A DNA stretch of 63,552 bases, filler included, from Folioceros fuciformis (Eukaryota): assembly GCA_049999805.1 (NCBI GenBank). It is 10 parts of 10 records of this genome, joined end to end, with 100 filler letters (N's around TTAATTAATTAA, not from the genome) between each part and the next. Parts side by side here need not be neighbours in the genome. Positions count along the whole stretch, not along the records: positions 45,410 to 56,928 come from JBNGIO010004442.1; positions 57,029 to 60,378 come from JBNGIO010004443.1; positions 60,479 to 63,552 come from JBNGIO010004452.1; 7 more parts are not named here. One strand, given 5' to 3'. Both the position numbers and the translations under genes were made by a program. This document shows positions 51,247 to 62,532 of this stretch, in pieces; position 1 is the stretch's first letter, and each line of letters begins with the position of its first letter. The notes under the pieces were generated by a model. That model was not told the origin of the DNA. It saw only the letters and a program-made list of their open reading frames with translations, and searched no databases.

Positions 51247-54129
51247 TCACGGTCGACCTTTGCAACTGCAAGAACCAGCTGCGAATCGATGCACGCGGTA
51301 TCCATCTCTTACAACAATCTCTCTCTTTTCAACCCTTGACAGGATCTCGGTGGAGCTGTGGCAGTCACTGCACATGCGCAAATTTTTTGTAACCAGCAGA
51401 GGTGTGCCGCTCGGAGTGTTCAAGAGACCAAACGCCAGAGCTAGCTTCTCAGCATGCCCACAAAGCACATCGTTCTTTTCCTTCTCAGACAGTGGCTTCA
51501 ACACCAGCTTTGTTTGTGGTAAGTGGCCCCCTTCCTCCTTCAGTCGAACATTCAAGTTCTCTAAGTTGCGCGAAATATCATCTCTGTTTTCTCCTACCAC
51601 AAACGTATGTACTTGCTCCATTATCTCTATGCCCGCCACTGCAGGTTTCTTGTTTGCTCCTGCTACCATACGGTGTGCTTCAATCCTCTCTACATCTGCC
51701 CACCTGCCCGCATCTGCATAGACATTTGCCATGAGCACATACGCAGATGCCCGCTGAGGGTCCACTTTGACAAGCCTTTCAAAAGACCGTTTTGCCCTCT
51801 CTACATCCCCGTGACTTCTGCAAGCATTTAGCAAAGATGTCAACCCCACAACATCATTCTGGCTCTCGCAGGATAATAGCATGTTCTCTGCCTCGTCTAA
51901 ATGGCCTGCTCGTCCAAGGAGGTCCACCATGCAAGCGTGATGCTCAATAGTAGGTATGATGCCGTGCTGTTCAACCATGGCATCAAAGAGCTGGAGACCC
52001 TCATTAACCAGTCCCTCATGACTGCATGCTACTAGAAGGCAAGTAAAAGTGGTATCATCAGGGCGGACACCCGTGAGAAACATCTCCTCAAGAGAAGCTA
52101 GTGCCTTGTGACCACCACCACACGTACCATACGCAGCTATGAGGGCATTCCATGTCACTACATCCTTTGTAGCGAGACAGTCAAAGACCCGACGCGCATC
52201 TTGTAGTTCACCACATTTTCCATACATGTCCACCAGGGAACTGCCAACAACCAGGTTGTTGAGCAGTCCTCGTTCCACAATCTGTGAATGCAGCTGCCTG
52301 CCCTTCTGTAATGCACCCGCACTTGCACAGGCCTTCAGGAGGCAAGAAAAAGTAACAGAGTCCCCCAGGATCAGGCCCTCCTGCTCCATTTTCGTGTACA
52401 GAACAAGCGCCTCTTGACAGAGACCTTGCTGTGTATACCCAGCAAGCAGGGCCGTCCATGTCACCACATTCTTTATGGACAAGCTGTCAAAAACCCTGCG
52501 TGCATCTTCCAGTTCTCCACATTTGGCATACATGTCCACCAGGCAGTTGCCCACCAGTATGTCACTATGTAGCATTCCATTTTCAGCGATCTGTGAGTGC
52601 AGCTTCCTGCCCTTTTGTAAGGCACCAGTGCTGGCACAAGCTTTCAGAAGACAGGTAAAAGTAACATGATTAGCAAAAATTAGGCCCTCCTCCTCCAGGT
52701 GTCCAAAAAGAAGAAGCGCATCTTGACAAAGCCCTTGCTGTACATAACCAGCTATAAGGGCAGTGCACGACACCACATCCTTCGTGGCTAAGCTGTCAAA
52801 AACCCTGCGTGCTTCTCCCAGCTCACCGCATTTCGCATACATGTCCACAAGGCAGTTCCCCACCAGTGTATCACTTTGTAGCTGTCCTCTTTCCATAATC
52901 TGTGAGTGCAGCTGCTTGCCCTCTTGCAAGGCGCCAGCGGCTGCACAGGCCTTCAGGAGGCAGGCAAAAGTAACACGGTCGGCGAGAGTCAGGCCATCTT
53001 GCTCCATCTGTTCATACAGAGAAAGCGCCTCCCGAAAAAGCCCAAGATTTGCATAACCACCGATCAGGGAGTTCCATGTCACAACATTTTTGGCAACCAG
53101 GCTGTCAAAGACCCGGCGCGCCTCTACCAGTTCCCCACATTTGGCATACATATCCACCAGGCAGCTACCAACAAAAAAATTAGGAGGGATCCCACTGTTC
53201 AGCACATCGGTGTGCACTTTTCTGCCTGATTCCAAGTCTGCACCAAATGCACAAGCTTGGAGGGCAGCTACAAAGACGTGAGCATCCGCCTTCCCACCCA
53301 AGCTACGCATCTCATGGTAGAGTTGTATGGCCTCATGAGGCTTCCCATGTTTAGCATGGGCGGAGATTATGGAGAACCACATGAAGGCATTCGGTTCGCC
53401 CACCCTGGTGAACACATCCATGGCCTCTTGTAACATTCCCCCGAGTGCGTACATGCGCAAGATATGATTCCCCAAGTATGTATCAGACTCGTACCCAAGT
53501 TTGACAGCGAGATCATGGACTTGTCGACCCGTAGCCAGATCTTTCCTAGCTGCGCAGGTTTTCAGCACAATATACAACAGAGACTGAGGGATAGGACAAC
53601 GTGCCTGCGCCAAAAATTCCAGAGCCCCAACGGCCTCAGGAAGCTTCCCTTGCTGGCATAAACTCCGCACGGTCACAGCGGTTGCGCCCAATTCCCATCT
53701 TCCATGCCTACCAGGATCAGACTTCTCCGGCAAGCTCGACGTGGAAACAGAGGCAGCTCGCATCAGCTGCATATCCAAAGCATCCAGTTGCTCGTCCACC
53801 CAAGCTGGCTTGGAGAAGTCTTGCAACCAGAGGACCTCGCCAGATCCCTTACGCCGAAAGTCGGGCGAATGGGCGCTCTTCTTGTCGCGCCTGTTATCCC
53901 ACCACATGGAAGGGTCGAGAAAAAATTGTCGCCACAAGAGCTCCTGCTTCCGTCCACCACCATCGCTGACAAATCCGTCCCTAGCCGCAGATTTCGGCGG
54001 AAGTGCTGGCCTCCTTACAGTGGTACCTACAGCGGCCAGGTGAGCCGAGGATGACCTGCTGCGGCTGCACCATCCCAACCGGCGCGCCAACAAGCCGACA
54101 CGCATCCGATTCTTCGATCCATTTGCCAT
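51247..54129 (-). CDS. Intronless organelle-targeted PDF-motif + PLS-PPR + E1/E2 + DYW:KP (GRP) protein
   Basis: ATG at 54129 or 54105 with an R/S-rich leader. LWRQFFLDPSMWWDNRRDKKSAHSPDFRRKGSGEVLWL..PAWV, about 17 PLS motifs, NKKPAVAGIEI, CGHAEKLA, NLRMCSDCH, FAAGSCSCKGRP*. Confidence 0.95.
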   Translation of the reverse strand: MANGSKNRMRVGLLARRLGWCSRSRSSSAHLAAVGTTVRRPALPPKSAARDGFVSDGGGRKQELLWRQFFLDPSMWWDNRRDKKSAHSPDFRRKGSGEVLWLQDFSKPAWVDEQLDALDMQLMRAASVSTSSLPEKSDPGRHGRWELGATAVTVRSLCQQGKLPEAVGALEFLAQARCPIPQSLLYIVLKTCAARKDLATGRQVHDLAVKLGYESDTYLGNHILRMYALGGMLQEAMDVFTRVGEPNAFMWFSIISAHAKHGKPHEAIQLYHEMRSLGGKADAHVFVAALQACAFGADLESGRKVHTDVLNSGIPPNFFVGSCLVDMYAKCGELVEARRVFDSLVAKNVVTWNSLIGGYANLGLFREALSLYEQMEQDGLTLADRVTFACLLKACAAAGALQEGKQLHSQIMERGQLQSDTLVGNCLVDMYAKCGELGEARRVFDSLATKDVVSCTALIAGYVQQGLCQDALLLFGHLEEEGLIFANHVTFTCLLKACASTGALQKGRKLHSQIAENGMLHSDILVGNCLVDMYAKCGELEDARRVFDSLSIKNVVTWTALLAGYTQQGLCQEALVLYTKMEQEGLILGDSVTFSCLLKACASAGALQKGRQLHSQIVERGLLNNLVVGSSLVDMYGKCGELQDARRVFDCLATKDVVTWNALIAAYGTCGGGHKALASLEEMFLTGVRPDDTTFTCLLVACSHEGLVNEGLQLFDAMVEQHGIIPTIEHHACMVDLLGRAGHLDEAENMLLSCESQNDVVGLTSLLNACRSHGDVERAKRSFERLVKVDPQRASAYVLMANVYADAGRWADVERIEAHRMVAGANKKPAVAGIEIMEQVHTFVVGENRDDISRNLENLNVRLKEEGGHLPQTKLVLKPLSEKEKNDVLCGHAEKLALAFGLLNTPSGTPLLVTKNLRMCSDCHSSTEILSRVEKREIVVRDGYRVHRFAAGSCSCKGRP

Positions 54130-54799
54130 ACACAGCTTGCTTGGCACCGGGTAGCAAGGTTGGTGAAGGATAGCATGCCTTTCATCTCACACAATTTCCA
54201 GCAGCCGGCTGCCTGTGCAACAACGGCGTCCACATTTGGCCGTCTTCCAGCGATTGCGCTGGTGAACCATTCCTGCAACTCGAGATCCCGCTTCCGCTTC
54301 GCCGCTGTACCCCGCTACAGGATTTCACGACGCCCGTGAGACGTATCTCCCCCTCTCGGGTGAAGGGCCGGATGGCTTGCTTTGCGGTTGCCGCCTTCTT
54401 GTGCGTGGCAAACCTTCCAATGCCCGGGACGGCAGGGAGGAGGAGGGCAACTCCAGCGCACCGAAGCCCTGCGGCCATTGCATCACGACCAGATTCGTCA
54501 AAGCAATTACGGCGAGCTTTTCGTTCCACGACTTGTCGGCATGCATGTGCCATAAAGAACATCCATGTTGTGTTACGTTTGATGCATTGCTTCGTTAACG
54601 GCCTTGGGATCATCTCACAACAAGGTTCTCGATTTCTTCTTCGTCTTCCTCACGAAGGCTGTGGAGGGAGAGTTGCATCCCATCCGCCATAAACCATCGC
54701 TAACTTCTCGTTCTGAGAAAAGCCTGCCAGTGGCGGTAAAGAGTGGATGCGTGCCGTACATCCTCCCTTCTTCACGGTGTGAAAGGCTTGGTGTAGCAA

Positions 54800-56830
54800 A
54801 TGAGGATGATGATGCTTCTCATCAACGAAGGAACTATGCACCAGTCCGTCTGTTTGTCCACCAGCTCTGACCATCTGTTTCCATGCCTTGATTCTTTTCC
54901 TCGTTGAGTCCAAGTGGTCTGCCTCTTCCCACATCTGGGCCCCGGTATGAATGTTGGATTGAGCATCAACAAATCTGCTGCGGCATCTTCCTGCGCTACT
55001 TCACTGCTTCACTCCCTCCACGTTACGCCACTTTTCACAGGCAGCCAAGAGGGTCTGCCACACCGCTGCATTAGGCACAAGGGGCATTGATCTTACCAAA
55101 GCTAGGGCCTCATCCAGTTGTCCTTTACGACCCAGAAGAACCACCATGCACGTGTAGTGGTCCCATGTGGGAGTTATGGAGTGATCATTACTCGTAGCCT
55201 CGAAGTAGTCCCACACATCCTTCACAAGGCCCGCATGACTGCCTGCTGTAGTACACTGAGGAACGTGATGCTGTTGGGCTGTATGCCATCTTCCCTCATT
55301 CTCCGGAACAAGTCGAAGACGACATCACTCTGTCCTTGGGAGCTGTAGCGTGCAATCAGCGCACTCCAGGCGACAACGTTTGGGAGTAACAAGGCGTCAA
55401 GCACTTGTTGCGCATTAACCATGCTGCCGCACTTGCAGTACATGTGAATCAAACTGCCAGCTGCAAATGAATCCGCTTCAAAGTCTTGTTCCACGATCTG
55501 CACATGCAGCTGTCTTCCCAAATGCAAAGCGGCCACATCTGCACATGCCTGAAGGAGGGCTACGAATGTGACGGAATCGGGTACGGCCATGCCTTCTAGT
55601 TGCATTGCGCTGTAAAGACGAAGGGCGTCCAGGCCAATGTCCTGCTGGGAATATCCTGTTATCATGGCAGTACAGGTCACAACATTTTTGTGACCAAGTC
55701 CGTCAAACACTCTGTGAGCGTCTTCCAGGTTCCCGCACTTGGCGTACATGTTCACCAAACTGCTGGCTACAAACACATCAGCTTCGTATCCTTCTTGTCT
55801 GGTGTGTGCGTGCAGCTGTTTGCCCTTTCCCATGCCGGGGTGCCGACACTTGCACAGGCCTACAGGAGACAGACGAATGTCACGGAATCGAGCACAGCGA
55901 TGTTTTCCTCTTGCATGACACTGTACAGGCGCAAGGCTACCTCCCTCATGCCTTGCTGAGAATATCCTCCGATCATGGCAGTCCACATTACACCGTTTTT
56001 ACAATCAAGTTCATCAAACACTCTCTGAGCATCAACCAAGCTGCCGCACTTGGCATAAATATTCACCACACTGTTGGCCACAAACACATCAGCATAACTG
56101 TGATACAGTCGGGTGCAACGGTGCCATCAGCTTGCATAACCCGATAGACTAAGGGCTTCCCGCCCCTTGCCCTGCTGGGAGTAGCCTGCAAGCATGGCGT
56201 TCCACGTCATTACATCTTTCTGCCCGAGTCCTGCAAACACCCTCCGAGCATCTTGTAAGCTACCACACTTGGCGTACATGTCCACCAAGCAATTACATAC
56301 GAACAAATCAGGATGGAGTCCAGTAGCCAACAGATGGGCGTGCACCTGCAAAGATTACAAGTCTGCGGTCCTTTCACAAGCCTGAAGCGCTGCCACAAAC
56401 ACAAACACATGTCCATCTGGCTTCACACTGCTACCGGACCTGCGCATCCCATGATACAGCTGGATAGCCTGAGCGTCCCGACCGAATTTCACATGCGCAG
56501 GAATACTGGCAGACCAGGTGAAGGCGTACGGCTTAGCAACCCCTTCAAGCACATCCATGGCATCTTGCAACCTGCCATGAGAAGAATACCTCCGCAGGAC
56601 ATGGTTGCCCACGAAAGTATCTGACTCGTATCCCATTCTCACCGTCAAAACGTGCATTCGGCGACCCAGAACAAGATCCCGCTTGGCCACACATCCCTTC
56701 ACACAGATTCGGTAACAGTATGAGCAAGAGTCCGGTCCTCGTGCACCAAAAGTTCCAAAGCCTCAACAGCCTCAGCCGCACGGTCCTGCCCACATAGCTT
56801 GCTCAGGGTTTCAGTCGTCACTCGACTATT
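54800..56830 (-). pseudogene. PLS-PPR pseudogene with E domain and WW-type box remnant
   Basis: Colinear PLS fragments in several frames with stops. WDHYTCMVVLLGRKG, AAVWQTLLAAC, then frameshifted GQSWWT..DGLVHS at ~54830-54875. Confidence 0.85.
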
Positions 56831-57028
56831 GTCGTCTTCTGCAGGTCCGCTCCTGATTCGCCAGTGCAAATTCCTCAAGGCTGCACAGACTGCGCACTTT
56901 CTCTTTCTCCTTCTCCCCCCAGATGCACNNNNNNNNNNNNNNNNNNNNNNNNNNNNNNNNNNNNNNNNNNNNTTAATTAATTAANNNNNNNNNNNNNNNN
57001 NNNNNNNNNNNNNNNNNNNNNNNNNNNN

Positions 57029-57224
57029 AGGGCGGCAGGAAGGCGCGAGATTGAGCGATGCCAGGAGCAGGGGCGAGGCGGAGGACAAATCGATGGAGGC
57101 AGAGGATCCGGAAGAGGGGGTTCCGCTGGCGAGCAGCTGGTGCCGGTGCTGGTGGAGGCTGCGATCCAGACCTTGCAAGACGTGCACGTCGGGGAGCAAT
57201 GTCGCGCGTAGTAGCTGATGCTGG

Positions 57225-57259
<35 letters not shown>

Positions 57260-57376
57260 CTGATGGTGATGCTGCTGCTGCTGCTGGTGGTGGGACGCCG
57301 AGTGAGAGTGCGAATGAGAGTGCGAGTGCGAATGCGCGGACGTGGGAGGCAACAAGAGCGACGCGGGCGCGGCCAT
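57029..57376 (-). CDS. N-terminus of an unidentified protein with (HS)n and polyQ/His tracts, truncated by scaffold end
   Basis: ATG in strong context (gccATGG at 57376). Open frame MAAPASLLLPPTSAHSHSHS..QQQQ..; no recognisable domain. Confidence 0.5.
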
Positions 57377-57570
57377 GGCCACGCTGCCGTCCCGCTTGGC
57401 GCTCGTCTTGGTCTGGGTCTGGGGTCCGTGCCCGTGCCCGTGCCTGTGCCTGTGCCTGTGCCTGGCTTGGCTCTGAATGAGCTCCACGCCGGCCACTTCT
57501 TGTGCCTTTGTATTTGCCCCCGTCTCCTCTCTCTTCCCTTCACCACCTGACTGTCAGCAAGGTGTGACAA

Positions 57571-57579
57571 AAACCCTAA
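57571..57579. promoter_or_regulatory. Telo-box (AAACCCTAA)
   Basis: Single motif ~200 bp upstream of the ATG at 57376, at a GC-rich/AT-rich transition. Confidence 0.4.
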
Positions 57580-60478
57580 TTAGACAAACTCACCATTATT
57601 GAGACCTTCCCTTGCTGTTTTGTTTTTTTTTCCGCGCAAGAGCTTTGTTGTTTTGTCATCAGTTCAACTATTGCAACAAGACAATACACTCTCTGTATTA
57701 TACATACTGCTTTTGTTGCCTTGTGTGCCTTATTGTGCACTAGGGCTATGCAATGTTTCTATGTACTATGAAGAGGACACATAGTCCAAATAATAGGTTA
57801 TTAGATTATTGATATGCGACAAGTAATTAGATTATAAGCATAAAGCGTAACAGTGGCCTTGAAGTCCTTGAACTAGTGATAGTAAAATGCTACAAATACT
57901 AGTACTAGTACGGACAAGGAAGGATCAAAGTACAATAATGTGGATTTCAGTATAGAACATAACATGTGGATTTCAGTATAGAACATAACATGACAATCCC
58001 AAATATACCAATAGAACAAAGGAACGCTAAGTAGAGATCCTTTGCACGAAAAACCAAGATAGTCCATCCATAACCTTACATCACTCACTCACAACCTGGA
58101 GCATCAATAGTATAGTTCCAGGGTATTGAACTCATTTCGACAAAAGATACTCTAATATTTTTTGTTTGTATCCATGTAATTAAAATATTTTGATCTCCAC
58201 AAAAGAAAAAGAGAAATAAAAAAAAATTAAATAAAAAAGATACCGTATTAGAGCTGTCAAAGTGCTTAACGTACATACACATAGGTCACGTGATGGACAT
58301 ACCATGATGTTCAAAAAGTACATCTCCATTTACATAATTTATATTTATGTATGTTAAATATATTCTGCTCATATAACTAGGGAGAATAACATAAGCTTGT
58401 GCACTTTGGGACTTTGGGAATGACCATTAGCCATTATAAAATTGATCATGATCCGATTCTCAATTCAAGTAGAGAAACTACCTAAAATTGTTTAGCAGAC
58501 AAGACATTTCTTGTTGTATTTGTAATACGGATCTAATCTCTCCTTCCTATTTGAATTTCACGATGCTGTACGGCCTTGTACAATTTTCTTTTTCATCTAC
58601 TAAAACTCTAATCTTCCAGCTTGCTCCTCACTTGTTCTTGTTGTGATTAAGTGCAATTGAATTAAAGTGGTTNNNNNNNNNNNNNNNNNNNNNNNNNNNN
58701 NNNNNNNNNNNNNNNNNNNNNNNNNNNNNNNNNNNNNNNNNNNNNNNNNNNNNNNNNNNNNNNNNNNNNNNNATATACTAAATGTAAACTATATATTAAC
58801 TTTATTTGTTGTTGTATTTTTATGAGTAGAATATAAAGCTAGGTGCTGACAAGAGAGGTTTATAAGAAAGGGTGGGTGGCCGGGTGGGTTGGAGACGCAC
58901 GATACACGAGGCAGGTGAATTTTGTGGAAAGAGAAAAGCTGTAATTCCATGGGTACGCACGCAAGCTCAGCGTATGGTATGTGGTGTGGTGTACTTGGAT
59001 GGTATGTCAACGCCTGGGCTGGGCCTGGTGACGAGGGAGGTAGGGTTTGAAGGATGTGCAATTGAATTCGCGCATCCTTGAAACGCGTCCATTGGTGAGA
59101 AGTGAGGCAAGAGGGCCCGAAGCTCCGAGACTCGGAGGCCCCGAGGGGGAGGCGCTGTTGGAGTGAGCCTCCCAAAGCTCCTCCTCGACGACCGACAAGG
59201 AAGGCGAGGCCGGAGGGCCCCGCACTGCGCCATCGCCCGAGCCCGCGGACGCGGGCTTGTCAACTCGCTGCCATGACTCTACCCTACTCCGCTCCTCTCG
59301 GACATGTGCCCGCTTTAGTGGCTGTTTTGTGCAGGCGCCTTTTGCATGAATGAGGATGGGGATGTGTCATGAATTCTGCACTGGTCCCGACGTGTGATGC
59401 ATTTGTGAGGTAAAAGGCAGAAGTGCAAGGCGAGGCGAGGCGAGGCGGGGCCAGGCCAGGCCAGGCAGGCTGCAGGGCCTATGGTGGTTGTCTAGGTTGC
59501 GGCAAGGCAACAGGGCAAAGGTGGATGCTGGCCCGAAATCTACCCGAGGTTTAATGAAGGACTGGAGTCCAGGGTCCTGGACGGCCCACCAGTGCAGGGC
59601 CAGCGTACACCGTGTGCGATGTGCGATGCAGGATGTGGAGTGTCGGTAGCTGGCTTGCGCGGTACACGAGGCGGTTGAGGCGCGCGTGTGTGAGGAGAAA
59701 GGTGCCAAACGAATCGAATCGAGTGGGAGGAGCGGCCGAGTCGTCTGCGGAGCAACAGCTCACAGCTCACCTTCACCGTGCCTGTCCACAGTCGGCCGGA
59801 ACGACAACGCACAACAGCGTCCGTGTCATCAGTGTCCGTGTCTGTGTCTGAGTCCGCGTCCGTGTCCGTCACTCTGTGTCTGCNNNNNNNNNNNNNNNNN
59901 NNNNNNNNNNNNNNNNNNNNNNNNNNNNNNNNNNNNNNNNNNNNNNNNNNNNNNNNNNNNNNNNNNNNNNNNNNNNNNNNNNNCCTCCCCCGCCTTCGCC
60001 TGTCTCCCGCATCCGAATCGAATAACGTCCCGGCTTTCCCTCCCGCGAACAACCTCCGCATCATGGGGGAGCGGGGCCTGATACATGCATGAATGTGTGA
60101 TGCAGATTCAAGTGTGCGTAGTCTAATGTAAGTCTCCCACCGACGATCCAGCAAAAATGTGAATAGTATACTGCGCTCCGCACTCGCCAGCCCGGCATCC
60201 CGGCACCCTGGCACAAAACAAGAAGATGGATCATTCATCACCTTCTTATTGCCCTAGGCCAACCACACTCTCCAACAGGACCAAAATCAAAAAGCAACAG
60301 CAACAACAGCAACCAACACACCCCAGACCGGGGTGCGCCTCGGGATCCTGCGCCTCATTCCATTCCTCATCCGGGACTNNNNNNNNNNNNNNNNNNNNNN
60401 NNNNNNNNNNNNNNNNNNNNNNTTAATTAATTAANNNNNNNNNNNNNNNNNNNNNNNNNNNNNNNNNNNNNNNNNNNN

Positions 60479-60640
60479 GATCTACTCACAACCATAATTG
60501 CAAGCTTTTTGGGGAAGGTACTCAAATATGATTAGGGGGTGAAAGGATCTACTCACAACCATAATTGCAAGCTTTTTGGGGAAGGTACTCAACTATGATT
60601 AGGGGGTGAAAGGATTTAATCACAACTATAACTGCAAGTA
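60479..60640. repeat. 67-bp tandem repeat (~2.4 copies)
   Basis: gatctactcacaaccataattgcaagc at 60479 and 60546, with a partial third copy. Confidence 0.9.
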
Positions 60641-61109
60641 AGCTAATTAGCTAGCAAGTATAATTGGGAGAACCCCCTTGTAGACAAGAAGCAGGGTAAA
60701 GAAAAGGAAGAGCAACTTTTGAGGACTTTTTGTANNNNNNNNNNNNNNNNNNNNNNNNNNNNNNNNNNNNNNNNNNNNNNNNNNNNNNNNNNNNNNNNNN
60801 NNNNNNNNNNNNNNNNNNNNNNNNNNNNNNNNNNAAGTTGAAAACTATGAGAAGAGCTTGCAAGTGGTTGAAAAAAAAGTGCTATTGATTCAAGAGTTGT
60901 AGGCTAGCAAAGAATTGTTTTTTAAACTATCATGACCCATGGTTAGCTAGGGTGACCAGCTTCCTATAAAACTGCATCCATGGCTAGGAGGTGGTGCAAA
61001 TGGAAAAATTGATCTACAATGAAAGAAGGAAAGTTCACTATCCACAAAGTTAATCTCACAATGGTTCGTCATAAGGTTTTGTCACTAAAAGTAATGAGGG
61101 AAAAGGTGT

Positions 61110-62290
61110 CTCATTCTTTTTTTTTCACGAAGAAAAGGATTCTGATTAATTAATGGAAGATGTCTTCCACTTACAAGACATAGGGGGGACCCCAGCTTAC
61201 GTATGTACAATGCATGAGCACCATGAGGGGGGAAGGCTGACCTCGTGTCCAGAACTCAAAACATGAGACTCAAAGAGCACACCCCCACGCTATGGTGGCA
61301 GTGACTGCTAAGACACTCAGACTTAAACCTCATATTCGACCAAAGACCATAAGCGCTCGCCTTCCCCAGGGACACATGTGATTCCACTGTTCATCATTCC
61401 CAGGATCAAGAAAGCCCACATGCCTCCATTCTTTCTGCTTGAACTGTTTCTAATGGGACTGCCTCAAAGCTTCTGCTGCAATCAGTAAGTGTTCCCATAT
61501 GCGCCATAATAGAGCCTTAGTTGAGACTGACTCTTGTCCTCCATAGACCACAGAGAACCAGTTAACCCAAAGAGAGAAAAGGCACGAAGACCAAAGCAAG
61601 CCCCACCATTGTGCCTGAAGTGGAGGCTTGCCCGAGACGGCATCCAACCCAAATAAGGCAATTGTTTCTTGATCCTGAGATTAGTACCGGGAAAAATCTT
61701 TTGCAACCACCTACCCACCTCCCTCCAGATTTCTTGAGCAAAGCTGCAATGAAAGAACATGTGTTGACTTTTGTTCAGGGCACCAGAGGTGCAAAGTCGT
61801 CACAACTCCTCTCCCGTCGCAACTAACAGCCCATCCCAACGATCCGCATTAGGTAAACATGCTTGAAAAAGGTACCAAACCGTAGTCCTCACCTTGGGAG
61901 GGATTCCTGCAGACTTCCATAGTAGCTTGATAGCTTCCCTTTGTCGTTGCAGCCTGGGAGCCATTGGTTGTTGTTCATTGCTTTTTGTGCCCGTACCATC
62001 TAGAGGAATATGTCAACCGTTGGGAAGTTGAGGAAAGATCTATGGCAAGCCTCCTTGCAACCTAGACGCCTGGGCCATTTGTATAAGTCTGGTCTTAAGA
62101 CCAAAGCCCAGTTTTCCACTAGCCGAAACTAGCACCGTACCATAGACTTGTCTGAGGGTTGTAGCACGCATGCGTAAATGATTGATATTCAAAAACCCCA
62201 CATTTTTCAACTTCTAGTAATGCCGATTTCGGAAATTATCATCCATTAGGTTGTTCGTCTTGAGTACACCATCGCCCTACTCGAGCAGAC
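61110..62290 (-). mobile_element. Degenerate LINE 3' end with zf-RVT-like region
   Basis: PPKVRTTVWYLFQACLP..LC....HMFFHCSFAQEIW is the zf-RVT pattern of L1-type ORF2. A T-run near 61117 may be the polyA tail. Boundaries are approximate. Confidence 0.6.
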
Positions 62291-62532
62291 TTAGAGAGGA
62301 CTGTTCATACAATTGTGAGTGCAGAATAGAATATTTATTAGTTTAGGTAGATGTCTTAAATACACATTCGTAATACGGTTTCAACTGTTTAACCGTATTT
62401 ACGATTTGTTAAATCTAAACTACTTTCGGTTTAATAACTGTCTGTAAAACCCTATGTGTGAAACGTGCCCTAAAACTTGAGGGGAATTAAACTCTGAGTT
62501 CTACAGTATGTACACGGATACTCCAACACTCC

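Noticed and set aside
51110-54054. Plus-strand ORFs opposite the PPR gene
   Set aside because: Antisense shadows of repetitive PPR codons, with no independent protein features.
58789-60378. ORFs in the GC-rich, microsatellite-containing region
   Set aside because: Low-complexity translations without domain signatures. Probably promoter or UTR sequence.
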